Positions 1 to 8,183 of a DNA stretch of 64,000 nt are shown here, in pieces. A program made the position numbers and the translations under genes. The notes under the pieces are model-generated. The model saw only the letters and a list, made by a program, of their open reading frames with translations. It ran no database searches and had not been told where the DNA came from. Source of the stretch: Candidatus Bipolaricaulota bacterium (GTDB lineage Bacteria; Bipolaricaulota; Bipolaricaulia; Bipolaricaulales; Bipolaricaulaceae); contig JAUQPF010000051.1 in assembly GCA_030550535.1 (NCBI GenBank), positions 2,974 through 66,973 of the forward strand, read 5' to 3'. The first letter of the stretch is position 1; each line of letters starts with the position of its first letter.

Positions 1-869
1 TCGGCGTTGGCGAAAAGATCGGGGTCCAAAAGGGCCAGAAGGAGCCGGAAGTTCTCGGGATCCCCCCGATGGGGCGTGGCCGTGAGGCAGAGGAGCAGGC
101 GGGAGTTTTTGGCCAATACTTCCCCCAAGCGGTAACGCTGGGTTTTCTTCGTCTGCTCACCGTAACGGTAGGCCGCAAGCTTGTGGGCCTCGTCCACGAT
201 CACCAAATCCCATTCCACGTCGGCAAGGGTCTGGAGGATCTCCTCTTGTTTAGCGAAGTCCAGGGAGGTGAGGACTTGCGGGAACTCCCGCCACGGGTTT
301 TGGCCATAGGTGTTTTGGAGGAGGCCTCGGTCCACCACGAGGAAGGTTTCCCCGAATTTTTCGCGGAGTTCGCGCAGCCATTGGTCGCGGAGGTGGCCGG
401 GGACCACGAGGAGCACCCGCTCCACCAGGCCCCGGCCCTTGAGCTCCTTGAGGAGGAGGCCCGCCATGATGGTTTTGCCGGCACCGGGGTCGTCGGCCAA
501 AAGGAAGCGCAGGCGGGTCTTGGGGAGCATGTGGAAATAGACGGCGTCGATCTGGTGGGGCAAAGGGTCGATGAGGGAGACGTGCAGGGCATGGAGGGGG
601 TCGAACTGGTGGCTCAGGCGGATGCGGTGGGCCTCCAGGCCCAGGAACACGGCCTCCGGCCGGCCGGAGAAGTCCGGAACCGGCGCGGCTTCAAGGGAAA
701 GTTGGGCAAGCTCGGCCAGGCCAAGCCAGCGCTCACCGAAGTAGCGCCCAGTCCTCGCGCCCACAACAACCAGGCGCCAGACGCTCCCGTGCTCCTCGGC
801 CTGGAGGATGCGCACGGGCTCCGGCCAAAACGGTCCACGGACCTGGGCTCCCGGGCGCAGCTCGGCCAT
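1..869 (-). CDS. SNF2/RapA-like superfamily-2 helicase, N-terminal ~289 codons (gene continues beyond the left edge)
   Basis: Absent from the ORF track because there is no stop inside the window. Own translation of the minus strand from ATG at comp(867-869) gives MAELRPGAQVRGPFWPEPVRIL... Helicase motif I LLADDPGAGKTIMAG, motif II DLVIVDEAHKL, motif III LLCLTATPHRGD. Confidence 0.8.
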   Translation of the reverse strand, partial: MAELRPGAQVRGPFWPEPVRILQAEEHGSVWRLVVVGARTGRYFGERWLGLAELAQLSLEAAPVPDFSGRPEAVFLGLEAHRIRLSHQFDPLHALHVSLIDPLPHQIDAVYFHMLPKTRLRFLLADDPGAGKTIMAGLLLKELKGRGLVERVLLVVPGHLRDQWLRELREKFGETFLVVDRGLLQNTYGQNPWREFPQVLTSLDFAKQEEILQTLADVEWDLVIVDEAHKLAAYRYGEQTKKTQRYRLGEVLAKNSRLLLCLTATPHRGDPENFRLLLALLDPDLFANA

Positions 870-909
870 CGGCCAGGATGGTACCCGGCTCCCCGCGTCC
901 AAAGAAAAA

Positions 910-960
910 CCCCCTCACCCTTTGTCCCTCTCCCCTGGGGAGAGGGTGGGGGTGAGGGGG
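910..960. repeat. REP-like nested palindrome, complete copy (CCCCCTCACCC-n5-CCCTCTCCCC-n1-GGGGAGAGGG-n3-GGGTGAGGGGG)
   Basis: Outer arms 910-920/950-960 and inner arms 926-935/937-946 are perfectly complementary. Lies between the stop of 969-1844 and the helicase start. Related copies at 14913, 20577, 20693 and 20805. Confidence 0.85.
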
Positions 961-968
961 CTTTGCGT

Positions 969-1844
969 TCAGTTAGAGAGCGCGAGCACGAAGGGGAAGG
1001 GCGCGAGGGTCGTGTCCCACTTGATGAGGAGGACGAAGAAGAGGGTGCCCGGCACAGGGGCATTGCCCCATTGGGTGAGGGGTTGATAGGTCTGGGGCCG
1101 GTCCAGGGACACGGAGATCCCGCCGCCGGGCCAGGGCGACCAGGCCATGGCCGTGTTCCAGAAGTTGGGAACCGGTACGACCCACAGCCACACGAAGGCG
1201 CCCGGTCGGTCGTAGGCCACGGACACGCGGAGCGATCCGCCCGTGGTGCTTGCCCATAGGGCCAGGGCGGCGAAACCGCCGGGCAGGGCACCGAGAAGGA
1301 TGGGGTCCTCGGCGTCGCCAAGCTTAGGCCGCTCTTGGGAGCCCTGGACGACCACCTGGGCACCTGCGGCCTGGAGGGCGCTGAGGAGCTGGGCGGGGCT
1401 CATCCCGGGCGTAAGGGGTAGCCGGGGCATCCCGGTGGGGAGGGGAACCTCGGGCATTGTGGGTGGCGTGGGCGGAGTTGGGCCCGGCGCCGCGGGGCTC
1501 GTGCTGATCGTGCCGCAGGCGAACTTCACGGTTTGCCCCATGGGCACCCGCTCCTCGATGGGCTGGCCCCCGGAGAAACCGCGGATCAGCACGTGGGTGG
1601 GCATCACCGCGAGCACCTGGCGCACGGTGTAGCTCTGCCCCTGCCGGATGAGGACTTGGAGGATCTGGAGGCCCACGGCCTGCTCCTCCCGCAGCCAGAC
1701 CACCTGGGTGAGCTGGAACCCCGCGGGACAGGCGTCGTTGGCGATGGTGGCGGAGACCTGAATCCCCGCGGTCTGGGCCAAGGCCGGCACGGCCAAGGCC
1801 ACCAAAAGAACGACCCACAGAACACTACGCGCTTTGCGCAACAT
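969..1844 (-). CDS. hypothetical exported protein (291 aa), two domains joined by a Pro-rich linker
   Basis: C-terminal part of ORF 969..2369. ATG at comp(1842-1844) is preceded by GGAGG (comp 1850-1854). Signal-peptide-like start MLRKARSVLWVVLLVALAVPALAQ. Linker PAAPGPTPPTPPTMPEVPLPTG. No family recognised. Confidence 0.6.
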   Translation of the reverse strand: MLRKARSVLWVVLLVALAVPALAQTAGIQVSATIANDACPAGFQLTQVVWLREEQAVGLQILQVLIRQGQSYTVRQVLAVMPTHVLIRGFSGGQPIEERVPMGQTVKFACGTISTSPAAPGPTPPTPPTMPEVPLPTGMPRLPLTPGMSPAQLLSALQAAGAQVVVQGSQERPKLGDAEDPILLGALPGGFAALALWASTTGGSLRVSVAYDRPGAFVWLWVVPVPNFWNTAMAWSPWPGGGISVSLDRPQTYQPLTQWGNAPVPGTLFFVLLIKWDTTLAPFPFVLALSN

Positions 1845-1930
1845 CTGTGCCTCCTTTCGGTTAAAGACGCGTTTAAGTACACCGCGGAAGCTTCGGCGGT
1901 TCACGAAGCACACGGGCAAAGCGAAGAAAG

Positions 1931-2908
1931 CTAGGCTGAGCCGAACTTTTTGAGCATCCAGCGCCAGGCCGTCTCCACCAGGGGCGCAAGCTCGGTGAAG
2001 CGGGGTTGCCAGCCCATTTCCCGCAGGGCGCGGGAGGGGTCGGCCACAAGCACAGCGGGGTCGCCGGGCCGGCGCGGCCCCTCCCGCACAGGGATATCCC
2101 GTCCCGTCACGCGCCGGCACACCTCCATCACCTCCCGCACGGAGTAGCCCCGGCCAATTCCCAAGTTGTAAACCCGGCTCTCCCCACCGGCCTCCAAGTG
2201 CTGCAACGCCCGCACATGGGCCCGGGCCAGGTCCGTCACGTGGATGTAGTCGCGCACGCCCGTTCCGTCGGGCGTTTCGTAATCCGTGCCGAAGATCTCC
2301 AGATACGGCCGCTTGCCCAAGGCCACCTCCAAGACGATGGGGATGAGGTGGCGCTCGGGCTCGTGCCACTCCCCGATTTCCCCCTCGGGATCGGACCCGG
2401 CGGCGTTGAAGTAGCGCAAGGAGACGTAGCGGAACGCGTAGGCTTTTTCGTAGTCGGCGAGGATCTCCTCCACCATGCGCTTTGTTCGGCCATAGGGGCT
2501 TTTCGGTTGGGCCGGGTGCTCCTCAGGGATCGGGACCTTTTGGGGATCGCCGTAGACGGCGGCGCTGGAGGAGAACACGAAAAGCTTCACCCCATGGGCC
2601 CGCATGGCCTCCAAAACGTTCCAGGTTCCCAGGAGGTTCACCTCGTAGTAGCGAGCGGGATCCTCCACGGACTCCGGCACCGAGGTGAGGGCGGCAAAAT
2701 GCATCACCGCCGTGATGGGATAGCGACGGAAGACTCCGTCCAGCGTGGCGCGATCGCGGATGTCGCCCCGCACGAAGTGCGGGGTGAGCACGAACTCCCG
2801 GTGCCCCGCGGAAAGATCGTCCAGGACAACGACCTCGTAGCCCGCCCGCAGGAGCTCCTTCACCGTGTGGCTTCCGATGTAGCCGGCTCCGCCGGTCACA
2901 AGGATCAC
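1931..2908 (-). CDS. galE: UDP-glucose 4-epimerase
   Basis: ILVTGGAGYIGSHTVKELL Rossmann motif and full-length SDR epimerase similarity. GTG start at comp(2906-2908) with upstream GGAGGGGA, overlapping the upstream stop (GTGA). The longer ORF-track N-terminus is low-complexity and rejected. Confidence 0.9.
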   Translation of the reverse strand: MILVTGGAGYIGSHTVKELLRAGYEVVVLDDLSAGHREFVLTPHFVRGDIRDRATLDGVFRRYPITAVMHFAALTSVPESVEDPARYYEVNLLGTWNVLEAMRAHGVKLFVFSSSAAVYGDPQKVPIPEEHPAQPKSPYGRTKRMVEEILADYEKAYAFRYVSLRYFNAAGSDPEGEIGEWHEPERHLIPIVLEVALGKRPYLEIFGTDYETPDGTGVRDYIHVTDLARAHVRALQHLEAGGESRVYNLGIGRGYSVREVMEVCRRVTGRDIPVREGPRRPGDPAVLVADPSRALREMGWQPRFTELAPLVETAWRWMLKKFGSA

Positions 2909-3958
2909 GAGTCCCCTCCTTCCAGCTCGACCCAGGCATCGTCGCCAAGGAACAGGGAGGCCTGGCCCTTTCCCCGGACGTGGGCGCGGCGCCCCAGGAC
3001 GCTTTCGCCAAGGGAGACGCCCTCCACCCGGGCCTCGTCCATGAGGATGGCGTTGCGAAGGCGCGCGTTTTGAACCTGGGCTTTGGGGCCCACGGCCACG
3101 TTGGGCCCTAGGACGGAGGCGTCCACCTCCGCCCCATGCCCGACCCAAACGGGACCTTCAAGGTGCGAATTTCGCACGCGGGCGCCGCGCTCGATCGCCA
3201 CCTGCCCCTGGAGGCGCGTGTTCGCGTCCAGTTCGCCCTCCACCCGCGGGGAAAGGCGCGCGAAGAGCCGGGCTTGGGCCACAAGGAGGTCCGCAGGGCG
3301 CCCGACATCCTGCCACCACCCGGAAAGGAAGTGGGCGCACACGGGCTCGCCTTCCTCCACGAGCCTTTGGATGGCGTCGGTGAGCTCGAGCTCCTCCCGG
3401 AAGGAAGGGCGGATTTTACGGGCGGCGGCGAAGAGACTGGGGCGGAACACGTAGACCCCCACCACCGCCCAAGGGCTGGGCGGGTCCTTGGGCTTTTCCA
3501 CGAGTTTGAGGATGCGGCCTTCCTCCACCACGGCCACCCCGAACCGACGCGGGTCCTCCACCGCGGCCAGGACCACGGTGTGCGTCCCCTCCTCTTCGAA
3601 GCGGCCTAGGGCCGGACCGAGGCCCTCACCCAAGAGGTTATCGCCCAGGACCACGAGGAAATCCTCGTTTCCCACGAAGCCCTCGGCGCAGAGCACGGCG
3701 TGGGCCAAACCCTTGGGCTCCGGCTGCAGGATGTACGTGATCCGCAGGCCCTCTTCATCCTCCGAGGCTTTTGCGGAAGAGCTCCAGAGTGGCGGGGCTC
3801 ACCACGAGGCCGACCTCCGTGAGACCCGCCTCGCGGACCATGGCGAGGACGTGGCGGATCAAGGGCTTTCCGGCCAGGGGAAGGAGGTGCTTGGGGAGCG
3901 TATGGGTGAAGGGGCGCAGGCGCGTGCCCCAGCCGGCCGCGAGGACCACCGCTTTCAT
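2905..3958 (-). pseudogene. sugar-1-phosphate nucleotidylyltransferase (RmlA-like NTP_transferase plus left-handed beta-helix), reading frame broken once
   Basis: ORF 3755..3958 (MKAVVLAAGWGTRLRPFTHTLPKHLLPLAGKPLI...) and ORF 2905..3708 (...GLAHAVLCAEGFVGNEDFLVVLGDN..., hexapeptide-repeat C-terminus) are two halves of one gene. Removing one base from the A4 run (plus-strand TTTT 3769-3772) restores ...ELFRKASEDEEGLRITYILQPEPKGLAHAVL... Confidence 0.8.
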
Positions 3959-4048
3959 CGCCCCATTGTACCGGGCTCTCCACTCCTACGTTTTCCTGAT
4001 GGACACCAAAGCGGGCTTCAGGTGAGCTTTCCCAAGGAAAGGAGGACG

Positions 4049-4849
4049 ATGCGCAAGCTTTTGGTCTTTGCGGTGGGGGTTGCCGTGGTGGGTTGGGCCG
4101 ACCCTGGGGAGCTCGTGCGGAAAGCTGAAGCGCTCCTTCCCCAGCGCTATCACCTCCCGGTTTTGGAGCAGGTGATCGGCCTTTACGAGGAGGCGCTGCG
4201 CCAGGCCCCCCACGACCGGGAGCTTCTCGTGCGCCTGGCTCAACATTGGTACGAGTGGGGCGTGCTCATGCCTGAGGGCCTGGAGGACCAGGGTTGGCGC
4301 AAGGCCGCGGACTACGCCTTTCGGGCCCTGGGGCTTTCCGGCCTGGACGAGGCCCTGCGGCTTTCCAACGAGGAGTTCCAGGCCTTCCTCAGGAATTGCG
4401 CGGACGGCCGGGCCCTCCTTTGGGCTGGGCACGGCTGGGGCCAGCTCCTCGGAAAAATGAACCCGTTCTCCGCGTTCTTCGCCCTCCCCAAGATCCGGGC
4501 CATCTACGAGCGGGCCATGGAGCTCGCGCCCGAGTACATGGCGGGTTCCGCCTTCCAGGCCTACGGCGCCCTCCTCGCCAACCTCTCCGACTACGGGATC
4601 CTCTTCGGCGTGAAGCTCTCCCAGGCCAAGCCCTACTTCGAGAAGGCCATAACGATCGACCCCACCTACCTCGATCACTACGTGGCCTACGCCAAGGAGT
4701 ACGCGGTGCGCGCGAAGGACCGTGCCCTTTTTGAGACGCTCTTGCGGCACGTGCTGGAGGCGCCCATCGGGGACTGGCCGTTTTGGAACGAGGTGGCCAA
4801 GGACCGGGCCGCCCGATTCCTCGCGGAGATCGACCGCTACTTCAGGTGA
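4049..4849 (+). CDS. TPR-like exported protein, TatT-family-like (tentative)
   Basis: ATG 4049 preceded by GGAGGA (4041-4046). Signal-like MRKLLVFAVGVAVVGWA. The pattern ...LLWAGHGWGQLL...YERAMELAPEY..GSAFQAYGALL...YFEKAITIDPTYL..YVAYAKEYA... resembles TRAP-associated TatT TPR proteins. The N-terminal 187 codons of the ORF-track entry are rejected. Confidence 0.55.
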   Translation: MRKLLVFAVGVAVVGWADPGELVRKAEALLPQRYHLPVLEQVIGLYEEALRQAPHDRELLVRLAQHWYEWGVLMPEGLEDQGWRKAADYAFRALGLSGLDEALRLSNEEFQAFLRNCADGRALLWAGHGWGQLLGKMNPFSAFFALPKIRAIYERAMELAPEYMAGSAFQAYGALLANLSDYGILFGVKLSQAKPYFEKAITIDPTYLDHYVAYAKEYAVRAKDRALFETLLRHVLEAPIGDWPFWNEVAKDRAARFLAEIDRYFR

Positions 4850-5627
4850 GGTTTTCGTCCAGGCGGGGAAGGACGGCTTTGGGCCCGGCCCCATCGCCCA
4901 CGATCCGGAAGGGGATGCCGTAGGCCTGGGCCAAGGCCTCGGGGGCGAGGACGGCCGCGGGATCCCCCTGGCCCAGGACCTGGCCGGCCCGAAGGAGCAG
5001 AACCCTCCCGCCGTACACGAGGGCGGCGTTGGGGTTGTGGGTGGTGGCCAGGATCCCCAAGCCCTCCCGCGCCAACGCGCGCACCAGGGAAAGGACCCGG
5101 TGTTGGTTGGCCGGGTCCAGGTGGGCATCGGGCTCGTCCAAAAGGAGATACGGTGCCTCCTGGGCCAGGGCCCGGGCGATCAAGGCGAGGCGTCTCTCCC
5201 CTCCGCTTAGGGTGTGGATCGGGCGCGTGGCCAGCCCCTCCAGGCCCACCAGGGCCAGGGCCTTTCGGGCCTTTTCGCGGTCCTCCCTTCCCGGCCGGCT
5301 TAGGGGCCCAAGGTGCGGGGCCCGGCCAAAAAGGACCAGGTCCTCCACGGTGAAGGCGAAGACCGCCTCAGAGAACTGGGGCACGTAGGCGATCTTCTTG
5401 GCCCGATCCTTGGGAGAAAGCTGGGGCACAGGGGTTCCGTCCAGGAGCACCGTGCCCTCTTGAGGAAGGCGCAGACCGCCCAGGCACTCCAAAAGGGTGG
5501 TCTTTCCGCTTCCGTTGGGGCCGAGGAGGAACAGGATCTCCCCCGGTTCCACCGCGAGGCTCACCCGCGCGAGCACGGGTCTACCGGGGACGTAGGCGTA
5601 GGTGAGGCCACGGGCGGCGAGGCTCAT
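4842..5627 (-). CDS. ABC transporter ATP-binding protein, FecE/FepC/BtuD type
   Basis: Walker A GPNGSGKTT, signature LSGGERRL, Walker B LLLDEP. ATG comp(5625-5627) overlaps the permease stop (ATGA). Confidence 0.9.
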   Translation of the reverse strand: MSLAARGLTYAYVPGRPVLARVSLAVEPGEILFLLGPNGSGKTTLLECLGGLRLPQEGTVLLDGTPVPQLSPKDRAKKIAYVPQFSEAVFAFTVEDLVLFGRAPHLGPLSRPGREDREKARKALALVGLEGLATRPIHTLSGGERRLALIARALAQEAPYLLLDEPDAHLDPANQHRVLSLVRALAREGLGILATTHNPNAALVYGGRVLLLRAGQVLGQGDPAAVLAPEALAQAYGIPFRIVGDGAGPKAVLPRLDENLT

Positions 5628-6655
5628 CGCCAACCCCCTCCCCGCTGGATCTGGCGCATGAAGAGGAAGAAGAACACGGGGACCCCAAGGAGCCCGGTGA
5701 GGATGTCCAAAGGGATCTCCGTGGCGAAGGCGGTGCGGGCCACGTTGTCCAAAAGAAGGAGGACCCCAGCGCCAAGCCCGGCGGAAGCGGGGATAAGGAA
5801 GAGATGATCCGGCCCGACCAGGGCGCGGGCGGCGTGGGGCACGATCAGGCCCACCCAGCCCACCACCCCGCTCACGGATACGGCCGCGGCGGTGAGCAGG
5901 GTTCCCAACCCGATCACGAGGAACCGAAGCCTTCGCACGGGCAACCCCAAGGCCTTGGCCTCGGCCTCGCTCAAACTGAGGAGGTTCAACCGCCAGCTCA
6001 GGAGAAAAAGGAGCCCCAGCCCCACGGCGCTCATGATGGCCAGGGGCACCACGTCCCGCCAGAGGACCGCGGGAAGGCCGCCCATGAGCCAGAAGGTGAT
6101 CCCTGGAAGCTGCACGTAGGGGTCGGCGAAGTACTTCACGAGGCCCAAGAGCGCGGAGAAGAAGGAGTTCACGAGGATTCCGGAGAGCACGAGCACGAGG
6201 AGGCCGCCCCCGAAGGCCGCGCCCAAAAAGGCGGCGAGCCCGGCGGCGGCCAGCCCCCCGCCAAAGGCCAGGATCTGGATCCCCGCCGGGCCGGCCCGGA
6301 GCACCAGGGCCAGGGCGGCGCCCAGGCCCGCGCCCGCGCTCACCCCGAGGATCCGCGACTCCACGAGGGGGTTGTGGAAGATTCCCTGGAAGGCTGCGCC
6401 GGCCACGGCGAGGTTGGCGCCCACCAGGGCCGCGGCGGTGGCGCGGGGAAGTCGTACCTGGAGCACAAGGCTGCGGATCAAAGGCTCCCCGCGCCCGAGA
6501 AGGGCGGGGACCACGTCCCCTGGAGCCAGGCGGACCCGGCCCAAAAAGAGCGAGACGAAAAGAAGAGGGAAAGGCAGGACGAGCAAAAGACCGCAAAGGA
6601 CGGCCTGCCTTACCCGCCGAGGAGCGCGGACAGTTCCTCGGAGCTTGGTGTGCAT
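5624..6655 (-). CDS. ABC transporter permease, FecCD family
   Basis: Polytopic membrane protein with FecCD-type motifs (LRLPRATAAALVGANLAVAGAAFQGIFHNPLVES...). Start taken at MHTKLRG (comp 6655). Start uncertain. Confidence 0.85.
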   Translation of the reverse strand: MHTKLRGTVRAPRRVRQAVLCGLLLVLPFPLLFVSLFLGRVRLAPGDVVPALLGRGEPLIRSLVLQVRLPRATAAALVGANLAVAGAAFQGIFHNPLVESRILGVSAGAGLGAALALVLRAGPAGIQILAFGGGLAAAGLAAFLGAAFGGGLLVLVLSGILVNSFFSALLGLVKYFADPYVQLPGITFWLMGGLPAVLWRDVVPLAIMSAVGLGLLFLLSWRLNLLSLSEAEAKALGLPVRRLRFLVIGLGTLLTAAAVSVSGVVGWVGLIVPHAARALVGPDHLFLIPASAGLGAGVLLLLDNVARTAFATEIPLDILTGLLGVPVFFFLFMRQIQRGGGWR

Positions 6656-7605
6656 CCGTAGAACTCCCTGTAGAACGTCTGGATGGCGCCCAGAAGATCC
6701 ACCTGAACCCTTTCGGGGTGCAGCCGCGTAGCCATCCACAGGATCCCGAGGACCGACTCCGGAATGGGGGTGTCCCAGGCGAACAGGATCTGGGGCATCT
6801 TGTACACGCGACCTGCCTTCACCGCCGCGAGGGGCTGCCAGAGGGGATCCGCGCGGAGGTCCTCCGCGCGCACGGGGCTATAGGGCACGATGAAGATCAC
6901 TTCCGGGTTCCAAAGGAGGACCTGCTCGATGTTCACGTTCTGCCAGGAGCCGGGGAGGCCCTGGGTGACGGGGAGGCCGCCGGCGAGCTCCACCAGGCGC
7001 GACTGGTACATGGCCCCGCTGGCGACGCGGAAGGGCGCGGTGCCCACCACCAGCACGCGCGGCCGGGCTTCCGAGGGGATCCCGGCGGTGGCCTGGGCCG
7101 CGGCCTCCAGGACGCTCGCGTAGAAGGCGATGAGCCGCTCCGCCCTCTCCTCTCGGCCCAACGCCTGGGCCAAAAGCCGCGTGGTCTCCTGCACCGCCTC
7201 GAACGTCTCCGGCCCCACCAGGATCGTGGGGATCCCCACCACCTCCAGAAGTTGAGCAAGGTCCCGGTGCTTCAGGCCGGCCACAACGAGGTCGGCCTTG
7301 CGGGCGATGATCTCCTCGGCCGTGATTTCGCCGGGCAAAGCCTTGGCTTCGTAGTTGGGATCAAGCTGGGCCATGAGGGCCCGGGAAAGGGGGTGGTCCG
7401 GGACGCCGAGGTACCGGGCGGCCACGATCCTTTCCCCCTCCACCAGGGCATAGAGGTAAGGTGTGGCCACGCCGAAGGCGCAGACGATGCGCTGGGGCTC
7501 CGCAGGAACGAGGACCTCCCGACCGGCTTGGTCCACCACGCGCACCTGGGCCCATACTCCCAGGGAAAGGCCGACAAAAACCGCCAACGCTACGAGCTTG
7601 CGCAT
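6610..7605 (-). CDS. ABC transporter periplasmic substrate-binding protein (iron-siderophore/cobalamin class)
   Basis: Signal peptide MRKLVALAVFVGLSLGVWAQ. FecB/BtuF-like layout (RIVC.., DLVV.., NPEVIFIV). GGAGGTGAAGG precedes the ATG. Confidence 0.85.
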   Translation of the reverse strand: MRKLVALAVFVGLSLGVWAQVRVVDQAGREVLVPAEPQRIVCAFGVATPYLYALVEGERIVAARYLGVPDHPLSRALMAQLDPNYEAKALPGEITAEEIIARKADLVVAGLKHRDLAQLLEVVGIPTILVGPETFEAVQETTRLLAQALGREERAERLIAFYASVLEAAAQATAGIPSEARPRVLVVGTAPFRVASGAMYQSRLVELAGGLPVTQGLPGSWQNVNIEQVLLWNPEVIFIVPYSPVRAEDLRADPLWQPLAAVKAGRVYKMPQILFAWDTPIPESVLGILWMATRLHPERVQVDLLGAIQTFYREFYGCTPSSEELSALLGG

Positions 7606-8117
7606 CCTTCACCTCCGTGGAGCAGGGAATCGATCCAGGCCAGACCCGCGGCGAGCTGATGAAGGCGGAAGCTGCGCAGGGCCTGGCCGAAGGGGTCCTG
7701 GGGGGCCTCGCCCCGCACCTTTTCCGCAAGGTCCCGCAGCACTTCGCGTTGGGCGGAGAGGAGCTCCGGCGCGCGCTCCGGAGCCAAGCGAAGGAGGAAA
7801 AAGAGTTTGGGAAGGAGCTCGGTGCGAAGGAGGCGCAGGCGGGGGACGGGGCTCAGGACCCAGCGCCAAAAGAGTTCTTCCCCCTGGGGGGTGAGGGTGT
7901 AGCGGATGCGGGCCGGGCGGTTCTCCTGCTCCTCGCGGGTGCCCACGATGAGGCCGTGGCGTTCCAGGCGATCCAGGGTGGCGTAGAGCTGGCTTGGGGC
8001 CACGCGCCAGATGCGTCCCAGATCCGCGTGGAGGCGGGCGAGGAGCTCGTAGCCGTGGGCCGGCCCCCCAAGGAGGTAGCCCAGAACCACCGGTCCCACG
8101 GGGAACTCACCCGGCAT
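7590..8117 (-). CDS. PadR-family transcriptional regulator (first gene of the ABC importer operon)
   Basis: The last 175 codons of ORF 7590..9776 read MPGEFPVGPVVLGYLLGGPAHGYELLARL...RIRYTLTPQGEE, a winged-helix PadR pattern. The rest of that 728-aa ORF is antisense to the protease gene and rejected. Confidence 0.8.
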   Translation of the reverse strand: MPGEFPVGPVVLGYLLGGPAHGYELLARLHADLGRIWRVAPSQLYATLDRLERHGLIVGTREEQENRPARIRYTLTPQGEELFWRWVLSPVPRLRLLRTELLPKLFFLLRLAPERAPELLSAQREVLRDLAEKVRGEAPQDPFGQALRSFRLHQLAAGLAWIDSLLHGGEGCASS

Positions 8118-8169
8118 ATTCCGTATTGGAGTATACCAGGGTGGAACCAACGCCTCCAGCCCGCTCCGG

Positions 8170-8175
8170 TACAAT
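8170..8175 (+). promoter_or_regulatory. -10 box TACAAT, 8 nt upstream of the protease ATG (leaderless-type)
   Basis: TACAAT at 8170-8175, ATG at 8184, no Shine-Dalgarno in between. No convincing -35. Confidence 0.45.
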
Positions 8176-8183
8176 CGCCTCCC

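Noticed and set aside
69-1259. 396-aa plus-strand ORF (and the overlapping 614..1363 minus-strand ORF).
   Set aside because: It is antisense to, or out of frame with, a clear SNF2 helicase reading frame and crosses the REP-like palindrome. The composition is low-complexity R/G/E/P-rich, typical of shadow ORFs in high-GC DNA.
7606-8183. Cobalamin or other riboswitch controlling the FecB/CD/E-type ABC importer.
   Set aside because: The operon is headed by padR with only a 66-bp upstream region. There is no room for a riboswitch, and no B12-box-like sequence was seen.
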